From Candidatus Eiseniibacteriota bacterium (lineage in GTDB: Bacteria; Eisenbacteria; RBG-16-71-46; CAZAMP01), in NCBI GenBank assembly GCA_965224245.1, contig OZ245046.1, positions 3,712,001 through 3,776,000 on the forward strand: DNA of 64,000 bases, in the 5' to 3' direction. A program made the position numbers and the translations under genes. The notes under the pieces were generated by a model. The model had not been told where the DNA came from and did no database searches. It saw only the letters and a program-made list of their open reading frames with translations. Positions 29,170 through 39,637 of the stretch are shown here, one piece after another. Positions within the stretch are counted from its first letter, which is position 1. Each line of letters opens with the position of its first letter.

Positions 29170-29742
29170 TCAGCCGGTGCTCCCGGTCGACCCGGCGCGG
29201 CGAACGACCGATTCGAGGCGTCCGGCGAGCGTGTCCTCGCTCGGTCCCGACGTCAGGAGGAGCACGAGCGACACCATGGCGAACGGTACGACCACCATGA
29301 ACGCGTAGGTGATGAACACGAGCACGAGTCCGATCACGGAGACCAGCTCCTGGACGGCCCACACGATCACGAACGACTGCTGCAGCCGTGCCAGCGCGCT
29401 GACCATCGGGCGGGCGACCTCGGACACGCCGGTGAGATCCGCTCTCTTCGGCGGGCTCGACACCGCGGCAATCAGTGCCTCGTCGTCGGTGAGACGGCTC
29501 CGGAGCCGTATCGAAACCACCGCCAGCACGGCCGCGGCCGCCAGCCCGATCCCCAGCATGCTCGTCGGCGAAAGCGGAAGCCCGGCGGCGATCTCCTCGC
29601 GGCGCTCCGGCGAGACGTTCATCGTGACCAGGTAGGCCACCAGCGTGTACAGCAGCGGCGCGGACGAGAACGCCAGCCAGATCGTGCGAAGCGCCCTGAA
29701 CCGTGGTGAGAAGACGTCCCTCAGCTCTTCGGCCAGTGTCAT
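29170..29742 (-). CDS. Hypothetical membrane protein (about 4 TM)
   Basis: 190-aa ORF with four hydrophobic segments, ending 31 nt upstream of the cytochrome start on the same strand. Confidence 0.6.
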   Translation of the reverse strand: MTLAEELRDVFSPRFRALRTIWLAFSSAPLLYTLVAYLVTMNVSPERREEIAAGLPLSPTSMLGIGLAAAAVLAVVSIRLRSRLTDDEALIAAVSSPPKRADLTGVSEVARPMVSALARLQQSFVIVWAVQELVSVIGLVLVFITYAFMVVVPFAMVSLVLLLTSGPSEDTLAGRLESVVRRAGSTGSTG

Positions 29743-29929
29743 CGTGCGCCCCCCCGGCTCTCGTCCTCATATGTCGACGGTAACACCGCAATTTACCGCC
29801 GGTGGGCATCGGCTCGCAAGACGACGCGCCGGCGACGAGACCGTGGGGACGGCAGACGGTCGTGCATGCGGTACAATGCCGTCTTCGCGAGGCTTTCAGG
29901 AGGTGCACGTCCCGCGCCGGAGCCCGACC

Positions 29930-32701
29930 TTGTCGCTTGCCCCCGAAGACATTCTCGACGCCGCACTCGCCCTGCCGGCCGGTGAACGGTCCGCGTATGT
30001 GGAGTCGAGGTGCGGCGACGATTCCGAGCTGCGTCGCCGGATCGAGCGCCTGATCGGCCTGCACGCGCGCTTCCCCGAGCCACCCCGGCCTCCGGATCGG
30101 CAGGCACGGCGCGCGCCGCGCGTCACGTCCGTGGCCGGATACGTGATTCGCGGCGAGCTCGGTCGCGGCGGCATGGGCCGGGTGCTCCTGGCCGAGGATC
30201 CCGAGCTCGGCCGCGAGGTCGCGATCAAGATGCTACCCGACGCGCTGGCCCGCGATCCCGATCGCATCCGGCGGTTTCGTCGCGAGGCGAGAACGCTGGC
30301 CGGACTTCGTCATCCCGGCATCGCGATCATCCATCGTTTCGGCGTCGACGGCGAGCATCCCTACCTCGTGATGGAGTGCGTTCCCGGCAAGACGCTCGGG
30401 GAGCGAATCGCCGCCGGCCTCGAGCCCGACGAGGCCATCGCGATCGTGGCCCAGGCGGCGGATGCGCTCGCCGCGGCTCACGACGCCGGCGTCGTCCATC
30501 GCGACGTCACGCCGGCCAACGTTCTCGTGGGCCCGGACAGTTCGGTCAAGCTCGTGGACTTCGGTCTGGCGAAAGCGCCGGACGAGACGGCCACCGGAGA
30601 GAGGCCGGCCGCGTCGGCCGGCGTGATCGGAAGCCCCGGATACACGAGTCCCGAGCAGCTGCGCGGCCAGCCCATCGACGCGCGCTCGGATCTGTGGTCG
30701 CTCGGCTGCGTCCTGTTCGAGTGTCTGGCCGGCCGGCCCGCGTTTCCCGGAGACGTGGCGCTGGAGCGCCTGATGGCCGTCTGGTACGACGAGCCGGACT
30801 GGGCGGCCTTGCCCGAGGCGGCGGCCCGGTGCTGGCGCCCCCTTCTCGAACGTTGCCTGGCCAAGGCCCCCGAGGACCGACCGGCGAGCGCGGCCGAGGT
30901 CGCGCGCGAGCTTCGAGGGACCCCCGGTTCGCCCCCCGGCCCGCCTCCTCGCCACAGATCGCTCGTGCCATCACGCGTCGCAACGGCGGTGGGACTCGTC
31001 GTGATCGGGGTGGTGAGCGTGCTCGTGTGGTCGTCTCGCCGTCCGGGACCGGTCACGCCTCCGGTCGAGCGCGCGGTCGCGACGAGACAGATCACCTTCG
31101 ACGGTCTCCCGAAGCGAGCCGCGATCTCGCCCGACGGCGACCTCGTCGCCCTCAGCGCCGGCGGCACCCAGCTGATGTTCCTCGATCTCGAGACGGATGC
31201 GCGGGTGCGGTCGGCTCGATTCGGATCGATCCGGGATCTCTTCTGGACTCGCGACGGGCGGGAGCTGGTCGTCGTCGGCAACGAGGAGACCCGGGGGCGG
31301 CGGCTGGTCACGCACGTCGTCTCGCGGGGCGATTCGGTGGCCCGTCGCGTCGGGCCACCGGGCTTCGTCGCGTGCGATGCCTCACCGGACCGACGCCGAT
31401 TCATCGGCTACGACACGCGATCGGCGGATCCGGACCACATCGCGCTCCTGGATCGGGACACCGGTGTCATCACGAGCCTCGCGTATCCACCCGGCCTGCG
31501 CGGCCGACCGGACGTTCACTGGTCTCCGGCCGCCGACCTCTTGCTGGTGGGAGGCGCGGGCGCCGACAGCGTGCGGGCCGCGGCCTGGGTCGTTCCCGTC
31601 GGCAGGGGTGAGCGCCGGCGCGTCGAGACCGGCGACGGAAGCCGTGGCTGGGCGTGGTCGCGCGACGGCACCGAGATCTACTATCGATCCGGTGGGAACG
31701 CGTTGATGGCGCTCCCGGTGGATCCCCGGAGCGGGCGCACTCGGGGTCGGGCGCGCGTCCTTCTCGATCGGTGTCCCGAGTCCGTGTCGCTGTCGTCGTC
31801 GATCCCCGCGCGGGCGGTGTTCGTGCGCACGTTCTCGTCGGCCAATCTCTGGTGGGCCGAGCGCGACGACGCCGACGGATCGGCGCCGATCGGCTGGACG
31901 CGCTTGACGAGCGGCACCTGGTCCGAGCGAGGATGCCGGCTCTCCCCCGACGGCCGCCGGGCGGTGTTCGTGCGTGCGGACCGCCATCCCGACCTGTTCG
32001 AGATCGAGCTCGCGTCGGGCGCGATCACCCGGCTCACCGACGACGATGCCGACGAGCACAGCCCGGCCTGGTCACCCGACGGCGTGCGGCTGGCGTACTC
32101 CGACGGAGACGGCGTCCTCGTGTGGACGATCGACGGGGAGCGTCCGCGGCGGCTCGTCACCCTCGACGGCGGGGCCGAGTACGTGACGTGGACGCGGGAC
32201 GGACGGGTCGCCTACCAGGCCCGATCGGTTCGCGGCAGGGGTCTCGTCGCCATCGATCCTGACCGCCCCGGATCCGAGCCGGTCGCCCTCGTCGAAGGCG
32301 CGACCGGCGCGACGCTCTTCCAGCATGCCTGGTCGCCGGACGGACGTGTCCTCGCGGCGGCCGGCAACCGCTCGGCGTCGGGCGACCTTCGCGTGTGGCG
32401 CCTCGACCTGTCGGACGGCGTCGAGCATCTACTCTACGACGGATGGGCGGCTCCGGTGGCCTGGTCGAGTGACGGGCGCCGCGTGTACCTGGTGACCGAC
32501 GATCCGGCCCTCCGGTCGTCGGCGGCGTCGGTGTTCCTCAGCGTCCCCGCGGACGGCGGCGCCGGCGAGACGCTCTTCGAGCTGCCCGGCCGGGTGGCCG
32601 GCTGGTGGAACGTCTCGATGAGCGCGGATGGACGGCGCATCATCGCGGCGATCGCGAATCGCAGCGAGGACGTCTGGCTCCTGGACGGGCTCGCGCTGTG
32701 A
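29930..32701 (+). CDS. Transmembrane Ser/Thr protein kinase with TolB/PD40-type beta-propeller sensor
   Basis: GRGGMGRV, VAIK, RFRREA, HRDVTPANV, DFG, SPEQ, DLWSLG; one TM; SPDG repeats. Start uncertain (TTG 29930 after GGAG, or ATG 29876). Confidence 0.88.
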   Translation: MSLAPEDILDAALALPAGERSAYVESRCGDDSELRRRIERLIGLHARFPEPPRPPDRQARRAPRVTSVAGYVIRGELGRGGMGRVLLAEDPELGREVAIKMLPDALARDPDRIRRFRREARTLAGLRHPGIAIIHRFGVDGEHPYLVMECVPGKTLGERIAAGLEPDEAIAIVAQAADALAAAHDAGVVHRDVTPANVLVGPDSSVKLVDFGLAKAPDETATGERPAASAGVIGSPGYTSPEQLRGQPIDARSDLWSLGCVLFECLAGRPAFPGDVALERLMAVWYDEPDWAALPEAAARCWRPLLERCLAKAPEDRPASAAEVARELRGTPGSPPGPPPRHRSLVPSRVATAVGLVVIGVVSVLVWSSRRPGPVTPPVERAVATRQITFDGLPKRAAISPDGDLVALSAGGTQLMFLDLETDARVRSARFGSIRDLFWTRDGRELVVVGNEETRGRRLVTHVVSRGDSVARRVGPPGFVACDASPDRRRFIGYDTRSADPDHIALLDRDTGVITSLAYPPGLRGRPDVHWSPAADLLLVGGAGADSVRAAAWVVPVGRGERRRVETGDGSRGWAWSRDGTEIYYRSGGNALMALPVDPRSGRTRGRARVLLDRCPESVSLSSSIPARAVFVRTFSSANLWWAERDDADGSAPIGWTRLTSGTWSERGCRLSPDGRRAVFVRADRHPDLFEIELASGAITRLTDDDADEHSPAWSPDGVRLAYSDGDGVLVWTIDGERPRRLVTLDGGAEYVTWTRDGRVAYQARSVRGRGLVAIDPDRPGSEPVALVEGATGATLFQHAWSPDGRVLAAAGNRSASGDLRVWRLDLSDGVEHLLYDGWAAPVAWSSDGRRVYLVTDDPALRSSAASVFLSVPADGGAGETLFELPGRVAGWWNVSMSADGRRIIAAIANRSEDVWLLDGLAL

Positions 32702-33300
32702 GCCGCGACGACACCGGGCCCGGAGCGGCCGACCCGGGCGCGGGACCGCCGGAGGTGCCGCCCTCTCCGACGGTCGAGGATCTGGTACCGGATCTCTACC
32801 ACGAGCTCAAGCGCCTGGCGCGTTCGATGATGCGAGGCGAGCGAAACGACCACACCCTCCAGACGACCGGGCTCGTGAACGAAGCCTGTCTTCGGATGTT
32901 GCGCCTTCGCGAGGTCGCGCCGTCGGATCGCCGCGCGTTCTTCGCGATGGCCGCACGAGTCATGCGCCGCGTGCTCGTCGACTACGCGCGGCGCCGAAAC
33001 GCCGGGAAGCGGTGGCCGGCCGCCGAGCGGGTCGCGTTCGATCGCATCGAGGAGGAGGCAGGCTCGTTCTTCGGCTATCCGAACCTCCAGTTCACCGAGC
33101 TCGAGGACGCCCTGATCCGCCTGTCGGACGCGCATCCGAGGCAGGGCCACGTCGTGGAGCTGCTCTACTTCGTCGGGCTCACGCAGGCCGAGGCGAGCGC
33201 GGTGCTGGGCGTGACGACCCGCACCGTCGAACGGGACTGGCGCTTCGCCCGCCTCTGGCTAATCGACGCGATGCTGGACGCGACCGAGCGCGCACCCTGA
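32698..33300 (+). CDS. Kinase-associated ECF sigma factor (TIGR02999-like)
   Basis: GTGA overlap with the kinase stop. YHELKRLA...HTLQTTGLVNEA, FFAMAARVMRRVLVDYARRR, TVERDWRFARLWL. Confidence 0.9.
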   Translation: MSRDDTGPGAADPGAGPPEVPPSPTVEDLVPDLYHELKRLARSMMRGERNDHTLQTTGLVNEACLRMLRLREVAPSDRRAFFAMAARVMRRVLVDYARRRNAGKRWPAAERVAFDRIEEEAGSFFGYPNLQFTELEDALIRLSDAHPRQGHVVELLYFVGLTQAEASAVLGVTTRTVERDWRFARLWLIDAMLDATERAP

Positions 33301-33347
33301 ACGTGAGGACGTTCACGCCAGCAGTGCGCGCGCGTGCCGGTGCGGAC

Positions 33348-34985
33348 CTACTTCTTGCGGCGCTCCCGGCGATCCGGCGCCGTATCGGGGTAGAACGAGT
33401 CGGCGCCGTCGTGCCACGACTCCCAGCCATCGTTGGTGCCCGGGGTCTCGAACCGGTTGATGCTGGTCAGGCCGGCCCCGCTCGAGGTCACCGTGAAGTC
33501 GAACACGTGCCAGTACTCGGTCTCGGTCCCGCGGGCGGTGGCCGCGTCGAACGTCCGGGTCTGACCGCCGATCTCGGCCCGCACGATCGTGGGTGACGAC
33601 TTCATGCTGCCCTCGTCGGAGTAGCGCTGCACCCAGTACTCGTACTTCCCCGGATACGCACGGAAGCTCGAGATGATCTCGGGGCCGAACGATCCGGTGT
33701 CGTCGGTGTCGATGAGCGTGAACGGATCGTCGGCGAGATCACCCTCGTTGTAGTAGCAGACGTGATAGTAGTCGTAGTTCAGCCCATCGATCGACCAGTC
33801 GACGGGGATGAAGAGGTGGGCGTCGAGATCGTCGGGGACCTCGCCCCAGCTCAGCGTGATCGTGAAGGCCGGCTCGAGCAGCGTCAGCGTCTTCGCCAGC
33901 TCGACCGGACACTCGGTGCCGAGGATCGCCTGCGCGGGATCGCTCGCGTAGCTTCCCTTGATGGCGTACACCTCGGCCGAGGAGTTCAGCATGGCGCGTA
34001 CGTCGAAGCGGCCGGCCGCGTCGGTGTAGGCCTCGTCCAGGAAGGCCACCGAGATCCCGCGCGAGAACACCCGGGCATCCATGACGGGCGCCCCCTGTGC
34101 GCTCACGACGGTTCCCGTGATCGAGCAGATCTCCTCGATCGGCAGGTCCCAGTTCCAGATCGTGAAGTGCTCGACGTCGGCGGTGTAGCCCCCCCCGTCG
34201 AGCGTGGCGGCGCCCTCCTCGATCCAGACCCCCTCGGTCTCGTCGAAGTACCACATTGGAACGCTCTCGGGCATTCCGGCCAGGGGCCCGTCCACGACGT
34301 CCAGTCGCAGCTCCGCGGACGCACCGTCGTCGAGCGCCAGCGCCGCGCCGGTCGCCGCGTCGGTGATCGCGACCGACATGTACCCGAACGACTGGAACGG
34401 CACGACCGAGCCGTCGGTGCGGCGCCCCTCGAACCGGCCCGAGAAGCCGTCGAGGAATCCGGCCTCCTCGGGCAGCGACGCCAGCATCGAGACCTCCGCG
34501 TCGCCGTCGAACGCCGCTCCGCTCGCGGTGACCAGCGTGCCCGCGCCGAACACGACCGTGCCGACGCCGTTGCCGGTCGCGACCTCGGCGCCGGTCGCGG
34601 CATCGAACACCTCGGTCTCGATCGGCAGGAGCACGACGTGCTCGAGATGGGTCGTCTGCGCGTCCAGCACGGAGATCGACCGGTACGTGGGCGCGTATCC
34701 GTCGCTCTCGACCGACACCACCACGTCACCGGCGCCGATGTCGCCGAGCACGAAGTACCCCTCCTCGTTCGTCCGCGTGCTCTTCGTGCCGACGCGGACC
34801 TCGGCGTTCTCCAGCCCGCCGGAGGTGGTTTCCACCACGCCGCTGACCGTGCCGCGCGGCACCGCGGGCGTGTCGGGGCCCGAGGGCTTGTCGTCGTCCG
34901 AGCACGCGACGACCAGGAGCGACGCGAACGTGACGAGGGTGAAGGAACGTACCAGGCCGATGCCCGATTGCGTGACGTGGTTCAT
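33348..34985 (-). CDS. Lipoprotein with carboxypeptidase-regulatory-like domains and YfaP-like C-terminal domain
   Basis: Lipobox LVVAC; MWYFDETEGVWIEEG, HFTIWNWD; ITLSW...DLDAHL...DDTGSFGPE. Confidence 0.75.
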   Translation of the reverse strand: MNHVTQSGIGLVRSFTLVTFASLLVVACSDDDKPSGPDTPAVPRGTVSGVVETTSGGLENAEVRVGTKSTRTNEEGYFVLGDIGAGDVVVSVESDGYAPTYRSISVLDAQTTHLEHVVLLPIETEVFDAATGAEVATGNGVGTVVFGAGTLVTASGAAFDGDAEVSMLASLPEEAGFLDGFSGRFEGRRTDGSVVPFQSFGYMSVAITDAATGAALALDDGASAELRLDVVDGPLAGMPESVPMWYFDETEGVWIEEGAATLDGGGYTADVEHFTIWNWDLPIEEICSITGTVVSAQGAPVMDARVFSRGISVAFLDEAYTDAAGRFDVRAMLNSSAEVYAIKGSYASDPAQAILGTECPVELAKTLTLLEPAFTITLSWGEVPDDLDAHLFIPVDWSIDGLNYDYYHVCYYNEGDLADDPFTLIDTDDTGSFGPEIISSFRAYPGKYEYWVQRYSDEGSMKSSPTIVRAEIGGQTRTFDAATARGTETEYWHVFDFTVTSSGAGLTSINRFETPGTNDGWESWHDGADSFYPDTAPDRRERRKK

Positions 34986-35231
34986 CGAATTCCCCCGCGT
35001 TGGCCGGATACCGGTGCGATCGCACCTCGAGGATCCGGCGGTCACGTCGTCCGAGGGCGTCCCGTCGCTCGGATGACGCGGCGATGCTGCGATCAGTTCA
35101 CGCGAGCCCATGCGTCCGGTGTCGAGATGGGAACGCCGCCGGCCGTTGCTCGCACGCGGACGCATCTTACGCCAGTCGCCCGCGAGACGAGACAGAATTC
35201 GCGGCGGAGCCTCGGCGCGTCGACTCGACGA

Positions 35232-37688
35232 TCAGCGCAGGATGACGATCGACCGCCGGGACGATGCGCGCCCCACGCGGAGCTCTAGCACGTATCGGCC
35301 CGGTGCCACCGCGCGACCGGCGTGGTCCCGGCCGTCCCACGACAGCACGGACGCTCCCCCGGGCAGCGCCCGATCCACGAGCACGGCCACGCGGCGACCG
35401 GCCACGTCGTACACGGTCAGGCGTGCGGCGCCGGCGCCCTCGGGCACGGTGAAGGGTATGACGGCCCGCGCCCCGAAGGGATTGGGGGCGACCGGTCCCA
35501 GGCGCGGCACGCTCGGAGGCTCGATGGGCGCGACGTCGGGGGGATCGCCGTCGATCGGCGTGTAGTCGATCGGCACGAGGAGGTCGGCCCCCGAGAACAC
35601 CTCGACGTCGTCGATTCCGGCCTCCACGATCGACGGCGCGCCGCGATCGGCCACGACGAACCGCACCTGCATCGTGCTGGTGACGTCGGCGTAGCGCCAG
35701 AGCTCGTAGTTGATCTGCGTCCACGTCCGGTCACCCTCCGACCGCGTCTCGATCTCCGACCACGTCGCGCCCCCGTCGCTGGAGACGCTGACGATCAGCG
35801 CGTCGCCGTCGGGCGACTCTCCGGCCGCGCTCGCCTCCAGCTCCAGCCAGCGGTAGTAACGGAAGATCGGATCGACGACGCCGGAGAGATCGAGGACCGG
35901 GCTGGTCAGCGTGGTCTGGCCGCCGTCCACGTCGGCGGCGTCGAGCCAGTCGCCCTCGGTGCCGTTGCCGGTGATGAACGCGTTCACGAAGGGTCCGGGC
36001 GTGTCGTCGCGGTCGGACTGCACGTCGCCCGCACCGGACCCGACCGGTGCCGCACGCTCCCAGACGCCGGCGGTCGCGTCGTCGCCCGGCGAGCCCACGG
36101 TCCAGCCGCGATCGGATTCGAAGGAGTCGAAGAACGCCGCGCCGGGCAGCGTGACGTCGCGCCGCATGTCCTGGCCGGCCTCGACCGCGATCTCGAACTG
36201 CACCGGCGTCCACCCGAACCGATCCACCTCGACCACCCACACGCGGGCAGGCACGTCCTCGATCGCGTAGGACACGAAGGACGGCACCGAGACCCCGGTG
36301 CCCAGAAGCCGGACGTACGTTCCGTCGGGTGCCCGGGAGGCGCCCCCGATCCTCTCCCCGGCCATCGCGGGCATGGCCGGTGCGAGCGCGCCGAGCTCGA
36401 TCGATCCGTGGAACGACCCCGTCGGTCTCCGCTCGAGCGTGATGTCGAGGACCACGTCGTCCAGTGCGCTGGACTCGACGTGCCGCGATCGATGCCCGAA
36501 CGCGGCCACGTCGAACGCGAACGCGCCCGGCGAGACCGAGATCGCATACACGCCGTTCGGGTTCGTCGTGGCCATCCGCTCGCTCCCGGCGACCTGGACG
36601 AGCGCATCGGGAACCGGCTCCCCGGAATCGCTCCGGACGACGCCGCTGACGCTCACCCGGAGCGGTCCCACCTCGGCGATGCGCAGCCCCATCGCGTCCA
36701 GCAACACCACGTGACGGCCCGCCGGGGTGACGGCCGCCTCCAGCGCGACCACCGGCAGGCCATCCCGGAGCGCCACGCTCGAGACGCGCTCCGGATGGGC
36801 GGGATCGGATACGTCGAGAACCTCCACGCCGGCCGCGCCCCACGAGACGAACGCGAGCGACCCGACCACCGAGACGTCGAGGGCGGTCGCGCCGGGCGGT
36901 CCGACCCGGGCCTGGATGATCGACCAGTCCTCGGTGGAGGTCGCGTCGAGCACCATCAGCCGGGCCGGATCGGTGCCCCCGTCGACCACGAACGCGGTGC
37001 GATCGGCGTTCAGGTGCACCGCCACCGGCGCCATCGATGGGTACGTGCACCACCCGTTCAGACGCAGGCGATCGGAGCCCGTCGCGACGTCGATGACGGC
37101 GATCCCACCCGCGGCGAGACCGAGCGCCCGCGCGCCGGTCTGCACCAGCCGCGTGATCGCGGCCTCCGCGAACACCGGCGGGTCCTGCTCCACGGGATCG
37201 GAGGGATCGAACACCGCGAACGCGCGGAGCCCCTCGGGGGTGGCAGCGTAGAGGAACCCGAAGGGATCGCAGGCCAGATCGGTCGCCGACTCGAGGAGTC
37301 CGTCGGGAAGGGTGTCGACGAGCGCCGGGGTCGTGCACCCCACGAGACGATCCAGTCCGCCCCCCGTGGACGACGCGGAGAAGTAGCCGACCTCGCAGGG
37401 GATGACCACCCGGCGATCGGACGCCGGAAGCGCCACCGTCGCGCTGTCGGCCGGGGCGGCGGGGTCGGTCCAGTCGACGAACACGATTCCGTCGGCGGTG
37501 CCGACGGCGGCCGTGACGCAGTCCCCGGAGAGCACGAGCGTCTGGCCGCCGGTGATCGGAAGCTCGCCCACGATGGCCAGCGTGTCGGCGCCCGCGCTCG
37601 CCGAGGACGTCGCCGCCGATGCCGATGCCGTGATGCCGGCCGCGACCATCGCCGCGCCGAGGTGGAGCCGTGCCGCGTGCCTCGTCAT
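35232..37688 (-). CDS. Large secreted multidomain protein (LVIVD-like, carboxypeptidase-regulatory-like, beta-sandwich, FlgD-Ig)
   Basis: Signal peptide from MTRHAARL; GVEVLDVSDPAHP; DVDGGQTTLTSPVLDL; C-terminal APNPF...VYDVAGRRV...WDGRDHAG. Confidence 0.75.
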   Translation of the reverse strand: MTRHAARLHLGAAMVAAGITASASAATSSASAGADTLAIVGELPITGGQTLVLSGDCVTAAVGTADGIVFVDWTDPAAPADSATVALPASDRRVVIPCEVGYFSASSTGGGLDRLVGCTTPALVDTLPDGLLESATDLACDPFGFLYAATPEGLRAFAVFDPSDPVEQDPPVFAEAAITRLVQTGARALGLAAGGIAVIDVATGSDRLRLNGWCTYPSMAPVAVHLNADRTAFVVDGGTDPARLMVLDATSTEDWSIIQARVGPPGATALDVSVVGSLAFVSWGAAGVEVLDVSDPAHPERVSSVALRDGLPVVALEAAVTPAGRHVVLLDAMGLRIAEVGPLRVSVSGVVRSDSGEPVPDALVQVAGSERMATTNPNGVYAISVSPGAFAFDVAAFGHRSRHVESSALDDVVLDITLERRPTGSFHGSIELGALAPAMPAMAGERIGGASRAPDGTYVRLLGTGVSVPSFVSYAIEDVPARVWVVEVDRFGWTPVQFEIAVEAGQDMRRDVTLPGAAFFDSFESDRGWTVGSPGDDATAGVWERAAPVGSGAGDVQSDRDDTPGPFVNAFITGNGTEGDWLDAADVDGGQTTLTSPVLDLSGVVDPIFRYYRWLELEASAAGESPDGDALIVSVSSDGGATWSEIETRSEGDRTWTQINYELWRYADVTSTMQVRFVVADRGAPSIVEAGIDDVEVFSGADLLVPIDYTPIDGDPPDVAPIEPPSVPRLGPVAPNPFGARAVIPFTVPEGAGAARLTVYDVAGRRVAVLVDRALPGGASVLSWDGRDHAGRAVAPGRYVLELRVGRASSRRSIVILR

Positions 37689-37804
37689 GTCATCCCCCGT
37701 CGGCGGTTCCCGACGGCACCGCCGGACCCAGCGCCCGCCTCGTCGCGGACCCCGATCCGGTCGCCACCCCGATGACGACCGGGGCACGGTCGTCGTCTCG
37801 TTCG

Positions 37805-39379
37805 TCAGCCGGCCATCCCATCGCGCGCGTCCATCGTCATGCGCCCGTCGACGCGCGCATCGATCGTGCCGGCCTTCCGCACGGCGTCCTCGATCACGTC
37901 GGCCACGCGCGCGCCGAGGTTCTCCGTCCGGCGCGGCACGAAGCCGAGGTAGCGCTCCGCGTTGCCGACGGCCACGTAGTCCACGCTGGCCCCGGTGTAC
38001 ACGCGCTCGGGATCCACCGGCTCACCGCCGACCGTCACGTCCAGTAGCTCGACGTCGTCGCCGTCGACCGCGTAGCGGTAGCGAAGCCCGGCGATCTGCA
38101 GGATCCCGTGCGTCTCGAACGCCGCCGCGCGAGCGTTCTCCCGGGCGAGCAGCATCAGCTCGGCCCCGGTGCATCCGAAGGTCGTGACCACGTTGTCGAA
38201 CGGAAGGATCTCCTGCACGTCCAGCCGCGTGATCGGCCCCACGGAGAGGTCCTTGCGGATCCCGCCGGAGTTCAGCACACCAAAATCGGCCTCGGAGAAC
38301 ACGCGCACCTGCTCGGCCAGCCAGTTGCCGATGTTGGACTCGGCGTGATACTCGCGCCGCCAGGCGGTGGCCAGGCGGCCGATCACGGCGCCGAAGTCCT
38401 CGGTGATCTTCGCCTCCCAGCGCGCGACGAGCGAGCGAAGCTCGGGATCCCCTCCGTCGCGCGGCCACAGCTCGATCAGCTCACCGGTGTGCGAGATGAC
38501 CCGATCCTGTTCGACCACGAGATCGAGCCGACCCAGGTTCCGGTTGTGCGCACCGGCCTGCACGATGATCACGCCGTTCTCGACCGCCGGATCGGAGAGT
38601 CGCGTGTGGCTGTGCCCGCCGACGATCACGTCGACACCGGCCACCTCTCGCGCGAGCTGCCGGTCCCCGTCCACGCCGATGTGGGTGAGGAGCACGATCA
38701 GGTCGGTACGATCGTCGATGGCGGCCACGGCCTTCCGGGCCTCCTCGACCATCGACGTGACCTTCGTGCCCGCCAGCATCCGGGGCGCGGCCACGCCGTA
38801 GAGATCCTCGGTCATCAGCCCCACGATCCCGACCCGCACCCCACCGCGCTCGACGATGGTGTACGGGGCCCCGGCCGTGAGCCCGCCCCGCGGTCGATAC
38901 ACGTTGGCACACAGGAACGGCGCCTCGATCCGACCCGCGAGCTCCTCCAGCGCTTCCAGGCCGTGATCGAACTCGTGGTTGCCCAGGCAGATCGCGTCGT
39001 AGTCGAGCGCGTTCATCATGTCCACGAGCGCGCCGCCCTCGACCCCGCCGACCTCGTAGTCGCAGATGGGGTTGCCGGTCATGAAGTCGCCGGCGTCCAC
39101 GAGGATGGACGGTCCCTTGGCGCGCTCCTCGACCACGTACGCCGACAGGTTCGCCATGCCCCCGATGGGCGGGTTGCCGTCGCGCCAGGTGGCCGGCGTC
39201 GTGGTGAACTTCCCGTGAATGTCGTTGGTGTGGAGGATCGTGAGCGATCGGGGACCCGAGTAGCGGGGCTGGGAGCTGCAGCCGACGAGGGCGGCCACGG
39301 CGGTCGTGACGAGCGCGATGCACAGTACTCGAACCGGGTGTGAACGACGGATCATCGAGAGTCCTAGGGTCGGGTTCAT
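37805..39379 (-). CDS. Bifunctional metallophosphatase / 5'-nucleotidase lipoprotein
   Basis: ILHTNDIHG, VDAGD, GNHEFD, LLTH, GGHSH, ESNIGN, NSGGIR, ILPFDN; lipobox LVGC. Confidence 0.92.
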   Translation of the reverse strand: MNPTLGLSMIRRSHPVRVLCIALVTTAVAALVGCSSQPRYSGPRSLTILHTNDIHGKFTTTPATWRDGNPPIGGMANLSAYVVEERAKGPSILVDAGDFMTGNPICDYEVGGVEGGALVDMMNALDYDAICLGNHEFDHGLEALEELAGRIEAPFLCANVYRPRGGLTAGAPYTIVERGGVRVGIVGLMTEDLYGVAAPRMLAGTKVTSMVEEARKAVAAIDDRTDLIVLLTHIGVDGDRQLAREVAGVDVIVGGHSHTRLSDPAVENGVIIVQAGAHNRNLGRLDLVVEQDRVISHTGELIELWPRDGGDPELRSLVARWEAKITEDFGAVIGRLATAWRREYHAESNIGNWLAEQVRVFSEADFGVLNSGGIRKDLSVGPITRLDVQEILPFDNVVTTFGCTGAELMLLARENARAAAFETHGILQIAGLRYRYAVDGDDVELLDVTVGGEPVDPERVYTGASVDYVAVGNAERYLGFVPRRTENLGARVADVIEDAVRKAGTIDARVDGRMTMDARDGMAG

Positions 39380-39637
39380 GGGGGCCGCGACGGGCGCGGC
39401 GTGTGGAGAATGATCGCCGAGGAGAATACAGATCCTCGCGCGAGGTGGTCAACGAACCCGGGGGCCGATCCGTGGTCCGGGCCGCGCTCGAACCCCGGGT
39501 CGAGATGCCGCTTCTCGACGCCCTGACGGCAGACGATGGACGCCGCGCGACGCGTCCTCGGCACTCAGCGCGCCGGCAGTGGCCTATATCATTCTACTGC
39601 AATCACTTGGACCGATCGACGAGTGTCCGTCTCGCAC

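Noticed and set aside
39580-39612. AT-rich patch CCTATATCATTCTACTGCAATCACTTG
   Set aside because: No clear repeat, hairpin or assignable promoter spacing.
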